A stretch of DNA of 64,000 nucleotides from an uncultured archaeon (GTDB lineage Archaea; Thermoproteota; EX4484-205; JAAOZP01). The stretch is from assembly GCA_938045545.1 (NCBI GenBank), contig CALIBN010000024.1:1-64000 (forward strand). The letters run 5' to 3'. Shown in pieces: positions 9,241 through 19,180 of this stretch. Below the pieces are notes generated by a model. The model saw only the letters and a program-made list of their open reading frames with translations, was not told where the DNA came from and searched no databases. Positions within the stretch are counted from its first letter, which is position 1; the number at the start of each line of letters is the position of its first letter. Both the position numbers and the translations under genes were made by a program.

Positions 9241-10284
9241 ATGTCCAGCCGGGAACAAAGGGAGAAGCTTCTCTCGGCTTTAGAAGGATTAACCAGGACC
9301 GTCGTGCTGGAGACCGACGTGGGTTCCGCAATCGTCACACAGTACGGTGCCAGGATCCTGGGAGTTTTCGTCGGAGATAGGCAGAACCCCTTCTGGGTTT
9401 CGAAGAATCTGTCAAGCGCGATAAGCGGTGGGGAATGGAACATCGGCGGAAACAGGCTTTGGATTTCTCCTGAGAGAAGATTCTACTATCGAAGACCAGG
9501 GGGCTTCGAAGACTGGCTGTGCCAGTCTTCACTCGACCCGGGAAACTGGTCAATCGTCAGCTCCAGTGGGAAAAGCGTGAATCTAGAGGGGGAGGCGGAG
9601 CTAGAGGACTTCGCGAGCCAAACCAGGATCCACCTGGCCTTTTCAAGGCAAATCTCAATACGTGGCGAAAGCGTCAGGAAGGGTTTGGAGCATGTTGGGC
9701 TTAAGGTTAGGGATGCCATGGTGGCCAGGGGGGAGGTGAAAAACGGGGTAAACCTTTGGTCTTTAACACAGGTGCGTCCCGGGGGGAGTAGGAGTGGCAC
9801 AGTAATCGTCCCTACGCGCAGAGGCGCTAAGCCCATACATTACTTCGGGGAAATACCGAGAGACAGGTTAAAGGTTTCCGGCGACCATGTTTCGTTTAAA
9901 ATAGACGGCGCCGCCATCTATAAGCTGGGCATAGCTCCTGAGGATGTTCCCCAGCCAGGCTGCCCGAGAATCCTGTATTATGCAGAGCATGGGAGGAATG
10001 AGGTTTTCCTCGTATCCATGAGGACCATGATGGCTCCGGTTAGTCAAGAGGAGTGTCTCGACGTGGCGAAAGCCGACCCTGCTGGCCCCAAGGGATGTGT
10101 TCAGTCTTATAATTCTGGTCCGGACCTTTGCTTCGGGGAGATTGAGCTCCACTTTAAGCCAGCCGCTAGAGTTAAGGATTCCTCCGTGTCCTACGCTGAT
10201 TACGATATAGATGTTTTCGCAGGTGGGCGTGGAGACGTTTTGAGACTTCTGAGGAAGATTATTCCTAAGCCTTTTCTATTTTAA
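9241..10284 (+). CDS. Conserved hypothetical protein (beta-sandwich, possibly DUF6786-like)
   Basis: Long ORF; YGARILG and WNIGGNRLWISPE motifs. Confidence 0.55.
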   Translation: MSSREQREKLLSALEGLTRTVVLETDVGSAIVTQYGARILGVFVGDRQNPFWVSKNLSSAISGGEWNIGGNRLWISPERRFYYRRPGGFEDWLCQSSLDPGNWSIVSSSGKSVNLEGEAELEDFASQTRIHLAFSRQISIRGESVRKGLEHVGLKVRDAMVARGEVKNGVNLWSLTQVRPGGSRSGTVIVPTRRGAKPIHYFGEIPRDRLKVSGDHVSFKIDGAAIYKLGIAPEDVPQPGCPRILYYAEHGRNEVFLVSMRTMMAPVSQEECLDVAKADPAGPKGCVQSYNSGPDLCFGEIELHFKPAARVKDSSVSYADYDIDVFAGGRGDVLRLLRKIIPKPFLF

Positions 10285-10299
10285 AACTACGGTTTCTCT

Positions 10300-11112
10300 T
10301 TAAACGTTTAAATCAAGCACGCTATATCTTAATTCTCCTCCTTCGACCCAGCATACTAGCAAATTGTTATTTTTCAACGGAGACCAGTTCCCCCTTTCTG
10401 TTTTCTCAGACGCGACTATAATATGATCCTTATCGATTTTGAAGCACATCTCGTATACCGGTGCGTCTCCGTAGCACATTGATGGACCAGGATTATACAG
10501 GTATCTCGTGAAGGCGTAGAGCCTGCTGCCGTCTGAGAATATCGTGTTCAAACTAGTGAACGGTGCCTCAAACCTGCTGACCTTCTCCTCTAAAAATATT
10601 TCCATAAGTGTCTGCTCGACTTTTCTGAAGGCAGTTATCACATCACCCTCCTTCTCGATAAGGCTGAGCAGCAGGTAGAAGTATGTCTCACTATCGTTTC
10701 GCCCTTTAATTAGGCTCGCATAGGGACCCAGCCTCCTTGAAACCTCGTCGGGAATATTGATCGTGCCGTTGTGCGCTAAAACATATTTTGAATGGTTGAA
10801 AGGCTGAGAGTTTTCAAGCGATATGAGCATTTCTCGCACCAGCCCCCTTGGGTTGCTTGCTTTCCTCACGTGCGCGATGATTATCCTGCCCCTGGCGGCT
10901 TTAGCGGCCTTCTCAAACTCTTCCCTATCCTCGTAAACCGGCTTATCGCTTTTGAAGATTATTGGGGTGCTTCCTCCAAGGTAGAAGCCTATGCCCCAGC
11001 CGTCTGACTGTCTCCCTTTAAAAGCTTGCGCGAATAGGGAGCACTCAGAGTTTAGGAGATGGTTTTCAACACTGCCAGCTCTCGCGAAAATTGCCCCCAG
11101 GAGCCTGCACAT
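10300..11112 (-). CDS. Class II glutamine amidotransferase (YafJ/EgtC-like)
   Basis: N-terminal MCRLL, DGWGI, IAHVRKAS, HNGTI, DSE. Confidence 0.9.
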   Translation of the reverse strand: MCRLLGAIFARAGSVENHLLNSECSLFAQAFKGRQSDGWGIGFYLGGSTPIIFKSDKPVYEDREEFEKAAKAARGRIIIAHVRKASNPRGLVREMLISLENSQPFNHSKYVLAHNGTINIPDEVSRRLGPYASLIKGRNDSETYFYLLLSLIEKEGDVITAFRKVEQTLMEIFLEEKVSRFEAPFTSLNTIFSDGSRLYAFTRYLYNPGPSMCYGDAPVYEMCFKIDKDHIIVASEKTERGNWSPLKNNNLLVCWVEGGELRYSVLDLNV

Positions 11113-11215
11113 GGCTTACTCTATGACAAGAGGTGTTTTTAGCTTTTCCGGAATGAGAAAAATTTGCTAACAGTGGACCTTTCATGGAGCTCCCTACTGT
11201 TAAGAATTTTTAATA

Positions 11216-11449
11216 TTATTTTTCTCGGCGGTTTTTACTGTCCATGTTCTGATTTTCCCTGACCGTCTTTTTGAATAAGGGATCATGCCTCCACAAGGAA
11301 AGACTCTCCTGCACGGCTTTTTCATGCGCCTCATTGGTGCTCATACCGTTTGCACGATGATATATTTCCCTTAACTCATGGGAAAGTATATATTTCTCGT
11401 AAGATCTCCACATTTCAGAAATCCACATTTCATTCCGCGGAATTTTCAA
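11216..11449 (-). CDS. Small hypothetical protein or gene fragment
   Basis: 77-aa ORF containing SHELRE and EAHEKA; probably N-terminally truncated. Confidence 0.35.
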   Translation of the reverse strand: MKIPRNEMWISEMWRSYEKYILSHELREIYHRANGMSTNEAHEKAVQESLSLWRHDPLFKKTVRENQNMDSKNRREK

Positions 11450-11612
11450 TTCTCTTGCCGCATTTGTTACTAGTTACCATATGCTTGTCTTAAATAACGT
11501 TGTATGTAGCATTATAATCCTCTTACTTCATGAGGCACATAACGGACCTTATAGGCATGCTTAACGAGCATCTTAAGAGCGTCTTCAAACAGGTCTTTAT
11601 TAATCAATTCCT

Positions 11613-12032
11613 CTAATGCACGCTACGAGGGTCGATTCTTCTTATACCAGGTATTCTATCAAAGACGGTGTCTGTAGATATTATTGAATGGTCTGGAACC
11701 TGGTTTAATGCTGTTGCAGCATAATACGCGTCAAAAATTGATTCTAATCTATATTGTTTCATCAGTGTTAATGCTAGCAGATCGATTTCATACGTCGTCT
11801 CTAGGAAGACAAGATTCTTTATGGCGGTTAAGGCAGCTACTCTGGAAATATATTCGTCTATGGAAATCCCTTCCTCTTTGGCGACATAGTACATTTCATG
11901 AAGAGCCTCTCTTGATGCATACACGGTTCCGAGCTCGCCCTTTACAATTTTTAACATTAAGTTTTTAGCGACTTTCTTTAACCAGTCCTCTTTCTTCACG
12001 TAAGCGTAAAGCATATCGGTTTCGATCATCAA
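11613..12032 (-). CDS. vapC: VapC PIN-domain toxin
   Basis: IETDMLYA, ALHE, FDAYYAATA, ISTDTVFD acidic PIN motifs. Confidence 0.85.
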   Translation of the reverse strand: MMIETDMLYAYVKKEDWLKKVAKNLMLKIVKGELGTVYASREALHEMYYVAKEEGISIDEYISRVAALTAIKNLVFLETTYEIDLLALTLMKQYRLESIFDAYYAATALNQVPDHSIISTDTVFDRIPGIRRIDPRSVH

Positions 12033-12277
12033 AGTTGTTTCCTCCTTCTCGCTCGTTTTACAGCATTTTCTTTAGCGGAGCTTTCAGCCAACTTCTTCAA
12101 CTGCTCCCTTTCCTTCCCAGTAGCCAGCCATCCCTCTGCTTCTTCATAAGGAGTTTGTGGAAGCGGGATCGTGATAAAGAAATTGCCCGCGGGTATGACT
12201 ACAACCTTGGTTCCTCTGATACCAATTTCTTTTGGAATAGTCATCCTCCCCCTCTCATCAACCCTCACTACTGCCAT
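12029..12277 (-). CDS. vapB: AbrB/VapB-type antitoxin
   Basis: VRVDERGRMTIPKEI swapped-hairpin motif; overlaps vapC start; ATG at 12277. Confidence 0.8.
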   Translation of the reverse strand: MAVVRVDERGRMTIPKEIGIRGTKVVVIPAGNFFITIPLPQTPYEEAEGWLATGKEREQLKKLAESSAKENAVKRARRRKQL

Positions 12278-12717
12278 TTTACCCTCAATTTTTATTAAAC
12301 CCCAAAATATAAATTTTTGCCCCTTCAATAGCGCACGCTTGCACGCTGCCCGAGTTCTTGAAATTTCCGGCACCGAAATCGTTAATGTGTCTACATACTC
12401 AGCACCACTGGTTTAACGGGGCCTCGGTTTTCATGAAATATTATCTCTCCAAAGAATCCCAATGGTATTTCAATGGTTCTGGGCTCACGGCCAGCGCATG
12501 CTATCAATAAACATATTCAAATCTCCAGCCCCTCTCTTTCTTTAGTTTCTCAGCTCCTTCTTTCGTCAATACAACTACAGTTAAGAGGCTTAGGGATATC
12601 CTAAGGGTTAAGCCTGCTTAGACACATTGTTTTCTCCTACGAGACACGAAAAGTGAATCAGCCACATAGAACCTTAACGGGATATTAAGGTCTCTGGAAA
12701 CACCGATTCTAAAATCT

Positions 12718-14690
12718 CTATGTTTGAACTACGATTGGTATCGCCATATTCATCCTCGGCAGTAATGCTATTGCTTCACCCATTTTCAGCTCCTGAATTT
12801 TTAAGGCTTGCTCCTCGTTAAGGTGCATCGTATCCGCGATCTTTTCAACATCACTAGAGTACTGCAACCTAAGGCAAATTATAGTCCCGCACAATCCCAA
12901 GACATCTCTCGACACCGTTAATGGTCTCTGATCTATAAGCCAAACAGACTCTCCGAACTTCCTCATCTCCCTGAGCATCTTCTCCACTATGGTCTCCTGA
13001 CCCTCAAACCTAGCTGGGGCGATGTTATGGGCTTCCTCGCAGACTATAACGTGCGGCAAACCCCTGTTGGGCTTCTTCCTTCTATAATCGTAAACCCGCT
13101 TCAGCATCATCCACGTAAATATGTTTGCATCCCTATCCGTATCCAAGTCGCTGAGATCAAAGATGACCATATTTGAGAGAAGCCTCTCCATCATCCCTTC
13201 CCGTTCACCGATTGCGTCAAAAACTTTCCCAAAACTTCCTTGAGTGAGCTCGCTCAACCTTCCTACTAGCGAGAACAGCTTGTCCCTAGCTTTTCCTGAA
13301 GGAAGGAACATCAGGTCTTCAGAGTCAACGCTCCTCTCGAGGGATTCCACGAAGTCTACGAAGTCTGGGCGTTTTTTCCTCTTTAACATACTTCAAATAC
13401 ATCCTCCTGAAAACGTGGGAAACCAATGGCCCGAACTCATCGGGCCAGGCCATCGCGAAGACCTCGCCCAGGATCTTAGCATGGCCCTCTGGGTCACCGT
13501 GGTGCTCCAAGAGGTTTATCTTGGCGTTATTCGCATCGAGGACCAAGGCGTCATCGAATTCATCAACGTATTCCCCATGCCTGTCGAAGACCATCGCAAA
13601 ACCTCCTAGCTCCCTGTATCTCCTCAGAAGTGCCTTTGTTAGAGTGCTCTTCCCTGAGCCCGGGACGCCGAATATCGCCATGTGAAGAGGCAGATCTTCT
13701 ATGCCTATCTTAACCTCAATCCTCTTTCTCATAGATTCGTATATCCTACGAGTATTCCATTCCTCTCCAGCCCAGCTGGGTCAAAGGCCCCGAAGTCAAC
13801 GATCCTCTTGGGCGTGTAAGATGCGCTCGGCGTTATGGGCTCCGGGAAGCTTACGAATGACGATAGCTCATTCGCTAGTTAGGTGGAGTCTTTTAGAATC
13901 CACGATTCCCCTGGCGAGAATGCTCCTCGCTACCCCACTTAGACCCAGCCAACCGGCCTCTTCCAGCTTAACTCCGTACGATGAGGAGAAGGCCGCTTTA
14001 ACTGCCTCCACATAATTCCTCTGCTCAAGATAGGCTTGTTTAGGGCTTCTTGTTGAAGGACCTATCACGACGATAATGGGAGAGCACGTCCAACACCCAA
14101 CATCGTTGCTAATCCTTTCGTATCTCTGACGAAGCCTCTCGAGCTCTGTGGATTTGTCCAAGTCATACCCTATGAGCTCTCCCCTGCTGTTATAGAGCCC
14201 CTTCTCCCTCAGCTTTCTGTAGGCTTTCGAGTACCGTAAGGAAATGCTCCTCTTCTTGGCCCAGAGGCTTAACGCGTGGAAAACTCCCTTGCAAGACTTG
14301 GACGCAGAATCTCGGTGAGCAACCGGATTCTGCAGAGGATCTTAAAGCCTTTTCAAGCGCATCTTCTGGAATGTTGAGCTCATCTTCCTTTAATTTCATG
14401 GATAGGAAAGAGGCTGCGGAGACCCTTCGGCCTTTAAGCAGGATCAAGACATTCCTATGCTTTGAGATCGGTAGGCCTCCCAAGGGCCACAGGGCGGCCT
14501 CGGGGGAAGCCTCAAGAGCCTCTAGCTCAGCGCCCGGAAAGCCGGCGAGTACGCTGGCCCTCATCCTCGAGAATATTTTACTGAGCCCTTCAATCGACCG
14601 GGATGCTGCTGAGAGCCTCGCCTCATAGTTAAACGGCTCGTAGGATACCGTGAACATACCTTCAAAGCCGGTTGCGGAGAGGCCATGCAT
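12718..14690 (-). pseudogene. Frameshifted, 5'-truncated paralog of the 731-aa HerA/VirB4-like ATPase
   Basis: ORFs 14190-14690, 13868-14161, 13325-13732 and 12718-13389 align consecutively with 22772-24967 (GLSATGFEG, CWTCSPII, GVPGSGKS, CEEAHNIAP). Confidence 0.9.
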
Positions 14691-14756
14691 GGCTTTTTCG
14701 CTAGGTACTGGCGCTAGCCAGGGCTATCGCTCCAAGCTCCCGGGAGGTGATGTGGA

Positions 14757-15837
14757 ATGTCTTCTCCGGAACCAGAGAATAGAGGTAACTATATCATAGC
14801 AAGGAAGACTATAAAGGCGAAGATACTTGAGCTGAAGAGGGAGGAAGAGGAACTCCTTAGGCGCGAGTACGAGAACTTCCAGCGCTATCTACAGGGCGAG
14901 AAAACAGTTCCGCTATATGCTGCTACTAAGCAACAAGCAGATAGACTCCTGAAGGAGCTGAACGGGAAGCTGAGGGAAAGGGAGTATCCACTAATACTGA
15001 GGAACGACACCTACCGAATTGAAATCGAGCAAAGCCCCTACTTGCTTAAGATACCCGTCTACGGTGTCTGGGGAGGGATAAGGGTTCCGATTAGGACCCA
15101 CAACCCCATAACTAGCGATATGAGATGTAAGGAAGCTAAGGTAATCCACAAAGATAACGAGTGGTTCGTCTACATCTGCATCGAGAAGGAGGTTGAGAAG
15201 AGGATTCCGAGGAACATTTGGCCATAGATATGGGGATAAGGTGGATCGCTACGACAGTCAATTCCAGCAACCCGGTCCCAAAGTTTTACGGCAGGGAGCT
15301 GAGGAGGGTCAGGGGACGCTTCTTTTACCTAAGAAGAAGCCTTGCATTGAAGAAGGCATACGGAGCAATAAAGAAGATTGGTGATAGGGAGCGAAGGATG
15401 GTGAACGATATCCTGCATAAGATAAGCAGGAGGATGGTGGACGAGGCCTTGGAGACGGATGCGATGATCGCCATGGGGAACTTGAAGGGAATTAGGGAAA
15501 ATGATAAGGGCAAAGGTTCAACAGGAAACTCAATGGATTTCCATACTGGAAGCTCAGCAAGTTCATAGAGTATAAGGCGAGGTGGCTTGGAATAAAAGTG
15601 ATCAAAATAAACGAGAGGAACACTTCGAAGCTTTGCCATAGATGCGGAAAGAAAGGAATCCGCGATGGAAGCCTCTTCAAATGCCAGAGCTGCAACTACT
15701 CATGCGACGCAGACTACAACGGAGCAATGAACATAATGAAGCGGGCCATGCGCTATATGCGAATGGCAGGGGCTGAGTTGACACAGCCCATAACCCGGCA
15801 GGATGAACCCACAGGGCGACGAACCGGGAACCCCTAG
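14757..15837 (+). pseudogene. tnpB: Frameshifted TnpB
   Basis: Three ORF pieces match 20495-21538; 1-nt deletions near 15215 and 15512; stop TAG changed to CAG. Confidence 0.9.
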
Positions 15838-15851
15838 CATGGGGATGTCAA
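15790..15851 (+). mobile_element. IS200/IS605-type right end / omegaRNA 3' scaffold (copy 1)
   Basis: ggatgaacccacagggcgacgaaccgggaacccctagcatggggatgtca, near-identical to copy 2; similarity stops at TCA. Confidence 0.8.
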
Positions 15852-15853
15852 AA

Positions 15854-17548
15854 CTAGCGCCGAGCCCCGTAGTCTTCACTGGTTTCTTTAGTAACCAGGT
15901 ACTGCAGGTCGGTCTCAGGATCCTTAACCGGGATGATCCTTATTCCGCCGACCCTGCTCACCTTCTTCACGTTCTCCGGGTATTTCCCCCCGTGAAGGTG
16001 GAAGATTTTAACCCTGTGTCCTCTTTTAACGATCTGCTCTAGACAGGGAAGCGCCTCCTCAATGTTCTGCCAGCCGCAATCCGTTATAATGTTTATCAAA
16101 ACCCTGTTCTCGCTCTCGGAGACGAGCCTCATGATCTCGTTTAGAGGAAGTATCGTCATTCCCCCGAAGTAGAGCGCTAAGGACAATTCCTTCTCAAGCG
16201 TCGAGCCCTGCCATTCTACAGAGTAGTAGTCTGTTGAGAAGGCTATTGAAGCTGTTTTCCCACCTATTCTCTCCACGGAAAGCAGGTTGATGAAGGCTGA
16301 GGTTGCAGCATTATGGATAACCTCCTGCATGCTTCTGCTGGCGTCTAAAACTATTAGGCTTGAGGGCACGTTGCTTACCGTCATGCTGCTCCCCTTCCCC
16401 TTAACCTCGCTCTGCCATTTCACCGTGTTTATTTCAATCCGCAGCCTTCCCTCGTCGAGGCTGGCCTCCAGATCAAGGTCTTCAACCTCGTCCTCAATGT
16501 TCCAATCCATGGGGTAGCTGGATATTGCTAGATTCGGCTCAGGCCTCCTGCCCTCCTCAAGATATACGAGCATCGTCCTCCTCGCCCTAGCCCTATACCA
16601 GCATACTTTCCAGAAGAGCTCTTCAACCATCTCGTTAGTCAACCCGGTGTACGGCTTGCTTACGCTCGTAGGCAGCCTGGGCTCCTGCCCGCCCTCAGGC
16701 TTAGCGCGGCGTATTCCCCCGGCTTCTCCCCTTCTGGTCTTTTTCCCACCCGCCGCTTTACCGCTTTTCCTAATCGTCTTCTTAATCTCCTCAAGCTCAG
16801 AGTTCTTCAGCCTCGATTTAACCCAGTACTCGTAAAACCTTCTCGCCTCCTCGCTGTTTTTTATTCCCCCAAGCACCTCGTTAATCTTCTCAATAGTGTT
16901 CCTGCTCAAGTCCTCCCTTAAGGGGATGCTCGCGCCCGGGCCGGCAAGCTGCCTCGGTATTTCGGCTTTAACCCTGTTTAAAGAGAGGATGAGCGCCACC
17001 AGCCTCACTTTACTAAACCAGTTTCTTTCAGACCTCATAACCATGCTGATTTGCCTAGCCACGTTTTCAACGTTATAGTCGTATTCCCTATGGCTCTTTC
17101 TCAAGATGTGCCTGTAGGCTGCCTGAATATACCTTCCAACCCCCCTCTGCGAAGTGTTTAGAAACTGTTCGACGTGATAAGGTGTTTCCCCGAACCTGCT
17201 TAAAAGGTAGAAGCAGTCAACGTTCAAGTCGGCGAACAGCAAGACTGAGAAATACGCGGTGCCCCAGTCCTTGCACGCACCGTAAGCCTCCTTCACCAGC
17301 TCGTAAGCCGTCCTAATGTCATACGGGCAGTAGTGCAGATGAGCAATCTCATGCCTGATGACGGACCTAAGATATTTTTCACCGTCAACCTTCTTCGGAA
17401 CCGCCTCCGGAGAAATATGTACTTTTGAATCCACCACGAAAAAGGGTTTGCCACCTTCACCGTCATGCTTCACTTCCAGTTCGCACGGTGGGAAATAGAG
17501 TTCACTCCTAACCTGCGCGAAAATCCTTCTTACTTCTTCATCGTCCAT
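15854..17548 (-). CDS. VWA-domain protein with N-terminal HExxH metallopeptidase-like domain (MoxR partner)
   Basis: RHEIAH; MIDAS DASRS and ITD; downstream of MoxR ATPase. Confidence 0.75.
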   Translation of the reverse strand: MDDEEVRRIFAQVRSELYFPPCELEVKHDGEGGKPFFVVDSKVHISPEAVPKKVDGEKYLRSVIRHEIAHLHYCPYDIRTAYELVKEAYGACKDWGTAYFSVLLFADLNVDCFYLLSRFGETPYHVEQFLNTSQRGVGRYIQAAYRHILRKSHREYDYNVENVARQISMVMRSERNWFSKVRLVALILSLNRVKAEIPRQLAGPGASIPLREDLSRNTIEKINEVLGGIKNSEEARRFYEYWVKSRLKNSELEEIKKTIRKSGKAAGGKKTRRGEAGGIRRAKPEGGQEPRLPTSVSKPYTGLTNEMVEELFWKVCWYRARARRTMLVYLEEGRRPEPNLAISSYPMDWNIEDEVEDLDLEASLDEGRLRIEINTVKWQSEVKGKGSSMTVSNVPSSLIVLDASRSMQEVIHNAATSAFINLLSVERIGGKTASIAFSTDYYSVEWQGSTLEKELSLALYFGGMTILPLNEIMRLVSESENRVLINIITDCGWQNIEEALPCLEQIVKRGHRVKIFHLHGGKYPENVKKVSRVGGIRIIPVKDPETDLQYLVTKETSEDYGARR

Positions 17549-17550
17549 CT

Positions 17551-18771
17551 CTATTCGAGCCCGAGGCCCACCTTCAAGGTTTCCTCCCGGCTGATCCTGC
17601 CTTCCCTAACCCATTTCTCCTCTAGGGAAAACAGCTCCTCGGCGAAAACATTATCCTCAGCAGCTATTTCTTTAGCGGTCCTATATAGGCCTGGGCTGAA
17701 ACCGTTGTAAAGCTCGTTCAGGATGAACCATTGTTTCCTGGATTCTCGTTCAAACATTCTCTCCCTCTCCCTTTCAAGCAACTCGCTGATTTCCTTCAAG
17801 GGTTTCTCAGGGTTTAGGAAGCCTGTCCTATGTATGAGAACCCATTTAGCCATCTCGATCACATCCTTCTCCTCAACCTTTCCCTCAAGCCACTTCTTAG
17901 CCTTGACGAGTTGAAGCAGGATGAGGGTTGCCCTCTCGCTCGGAGGCTCCTTAACCCTGCTGCAGACGAACCTGGTGAAATGGCAGCCCTCGCACAGGAC
18001 TGGAAGGGGGACGCTGCTATGCTCCTTACCCCTGACGCACACTTGAAAGTCTCTGACGAGCGTGTTTATGAAGCCGATTAAACCTGGTTCAACCCCGGTT
18101 TCCTCAACCTCCCTCCTTATCTCCGCCAGGTCCCCCGGCTCCATGACGCGCGGCATGGATTTTATCAAATCGTAGCCGTAATCATTGTTCAACTCTTGGA
18201 GAGCGAATTTTTGGCTCACCGTGAGCGAACTCAGGTAGAGAGCAATGTCAAACCTGTCGTAGAACGGCGGAGGCTGTATGAAAGTCGTCACGTCACCCGG
18301 GTTCTCGTTAGCTATGAGAGTATAGTCTTCAACAGTATACTTCTGCCCGTAGGCCCATACTTCTCCGAACTGCATCAAATGATGAATGTTCGCAGTAGTG
18401 TAGGGGTTAAGCCTGTTCACCTCATCTATCCCCTTGCCCTGGGCCCGTACGAACTTAGCCCAGAGGACTTTCTCCCTGCCCTTCTTCTCAAGCGAAGGAA
18501 TATGGAGTCTTCCAACAACCTCCCCTCTCTTCACCTCGGAGGCTCCTGAAATGACGACAAACTCGTCTCCGAAGAGGCCTTTCAAAACAAGCAGCATCAG
18601 CGTGGACTTGCCTGTTCCCCTGGGCGCCCTTATCAGCGTTGTGGACTTCCTGTGAAGCAGGTTCAGCAAAAGTATTGAGATTACCTCCTCGTTGCCGATG
18701 AACCTTTTAGAAAGCTCTTCTCTCAGCCTTTCCACGAGAGGCCTCTTGCTACTCACGCTAACCATCCCCAT
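17551..18771 (-). CDS. MoxR-family AAA+ ATPase
   Basis: FIGNEEV, APRGTGKS, IDEVNR, ANENP, YDRF, SERA. Confidence 0.8.
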   Translation of the reverse strand: MGMVSVSSKRPLVERLREELSKRFIGNEEVISILLLNLLHRKSTTLIRAPRGTGKSTLMLLVLKGLFGDEFVVISGASEVKRGEVVGRLHIPSLEKKGREKVLWAKFVRAQGKGIDEVNRLNPYTTANIHHLMQFGEVWAYGQKYTVEDYTLIANENPGDVTTFIQPPPFYDRFDIALYLSSLTVSQKFALQELNNDYGYDLIKSMPRVMEPGDLAEIRREVEETGVEPGLIGFINTLVRDFQVCVRGKEHSSVPLPVLCEGCHFTRFVCSRVKEPPSERATLILLQLVKAKKWLEGKVEEKDVIEMAKWVLIHRTGFLNPEKPLKEISELLERERERMFERESRKQWFILNELYNGFSPGLYRTAKEIAAEDNVFAEELFSLEEKWVREGRISREETLKVGLGLE

Positions 18772-19067
18772 GCGGCCGCTGCCAGGGAAACAATTAGGAG
18801 TAAAAGCAGTATTCTAAGCCTCAGCATGAGGCTTTTAATCCTCCTCTCCATCCAGTTAATCCTGTCGAGGATGTCGAAAGCAGTACTCCTGTCGAGATAA
18901 ATGTAGTCTCCAGAAGTCTTGTTCGAATACGCGAACTCCAGGAACCCTGTGAAAGAATACTTGTCTCTCTTAACCTCTTCATCCCAGGAGATCCTCTGCC
19001 CCTGCCTCTCAACCTTAATGTTGGTGGACTTCTCCTCTAAAAACTTTCTGAAACTTCTGCTCTCCAA
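18753..19067 (-). CDS. Small protein with a C-terminal transmembrane helix
   Basis: Overlaps the MoxR start; hydrophobic C-terminus. Confidence 0.55.
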   Translation of the reverse strand: MESRSFRKFLEEKSTNIKVERQGQRISWDEEVKRDKYSFTGFLEFAYSNKTSGDYIYLDRSTAFDILDRINWMERRIKSLMLRLRILLLLLIVSLAAAAWGWLA

Positions 19068-19180
19068 GCTGCATAACCATCGTGCGATGGTTTTTTAAGC
19101 ATTATCCTGTTTTTTAAGGCTTGAGAAGCCCCAGCTTACGTTTGAAAACGTTTTTAACTTAGCCAAAAGGGTAAACGGTG

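Larger units (their letters stand above)
12718..15851 (+). mobile_element. Decayed, inverted copy (copy 1) of the tnpB-wHTH-ATPase unit; wHTH gene and arrays deleted
   Basis: ATPase pseudogene (-) abuts tnpB leader and tnpB pseudogene (+); right end ...ggggatgtcaa; all parts homologous to 20446-24967. Confidence 0.75.

Noticed and set aside
12421-12717. Left end of copy 1 (small hairpins ctgggctcacggccag, cttagg-gatat-cctaag, accttaa..ttaaggt)
   Set aside because: No convincing similarity to the 24972-25023 hairpin and no target/guide pair at proper spacing
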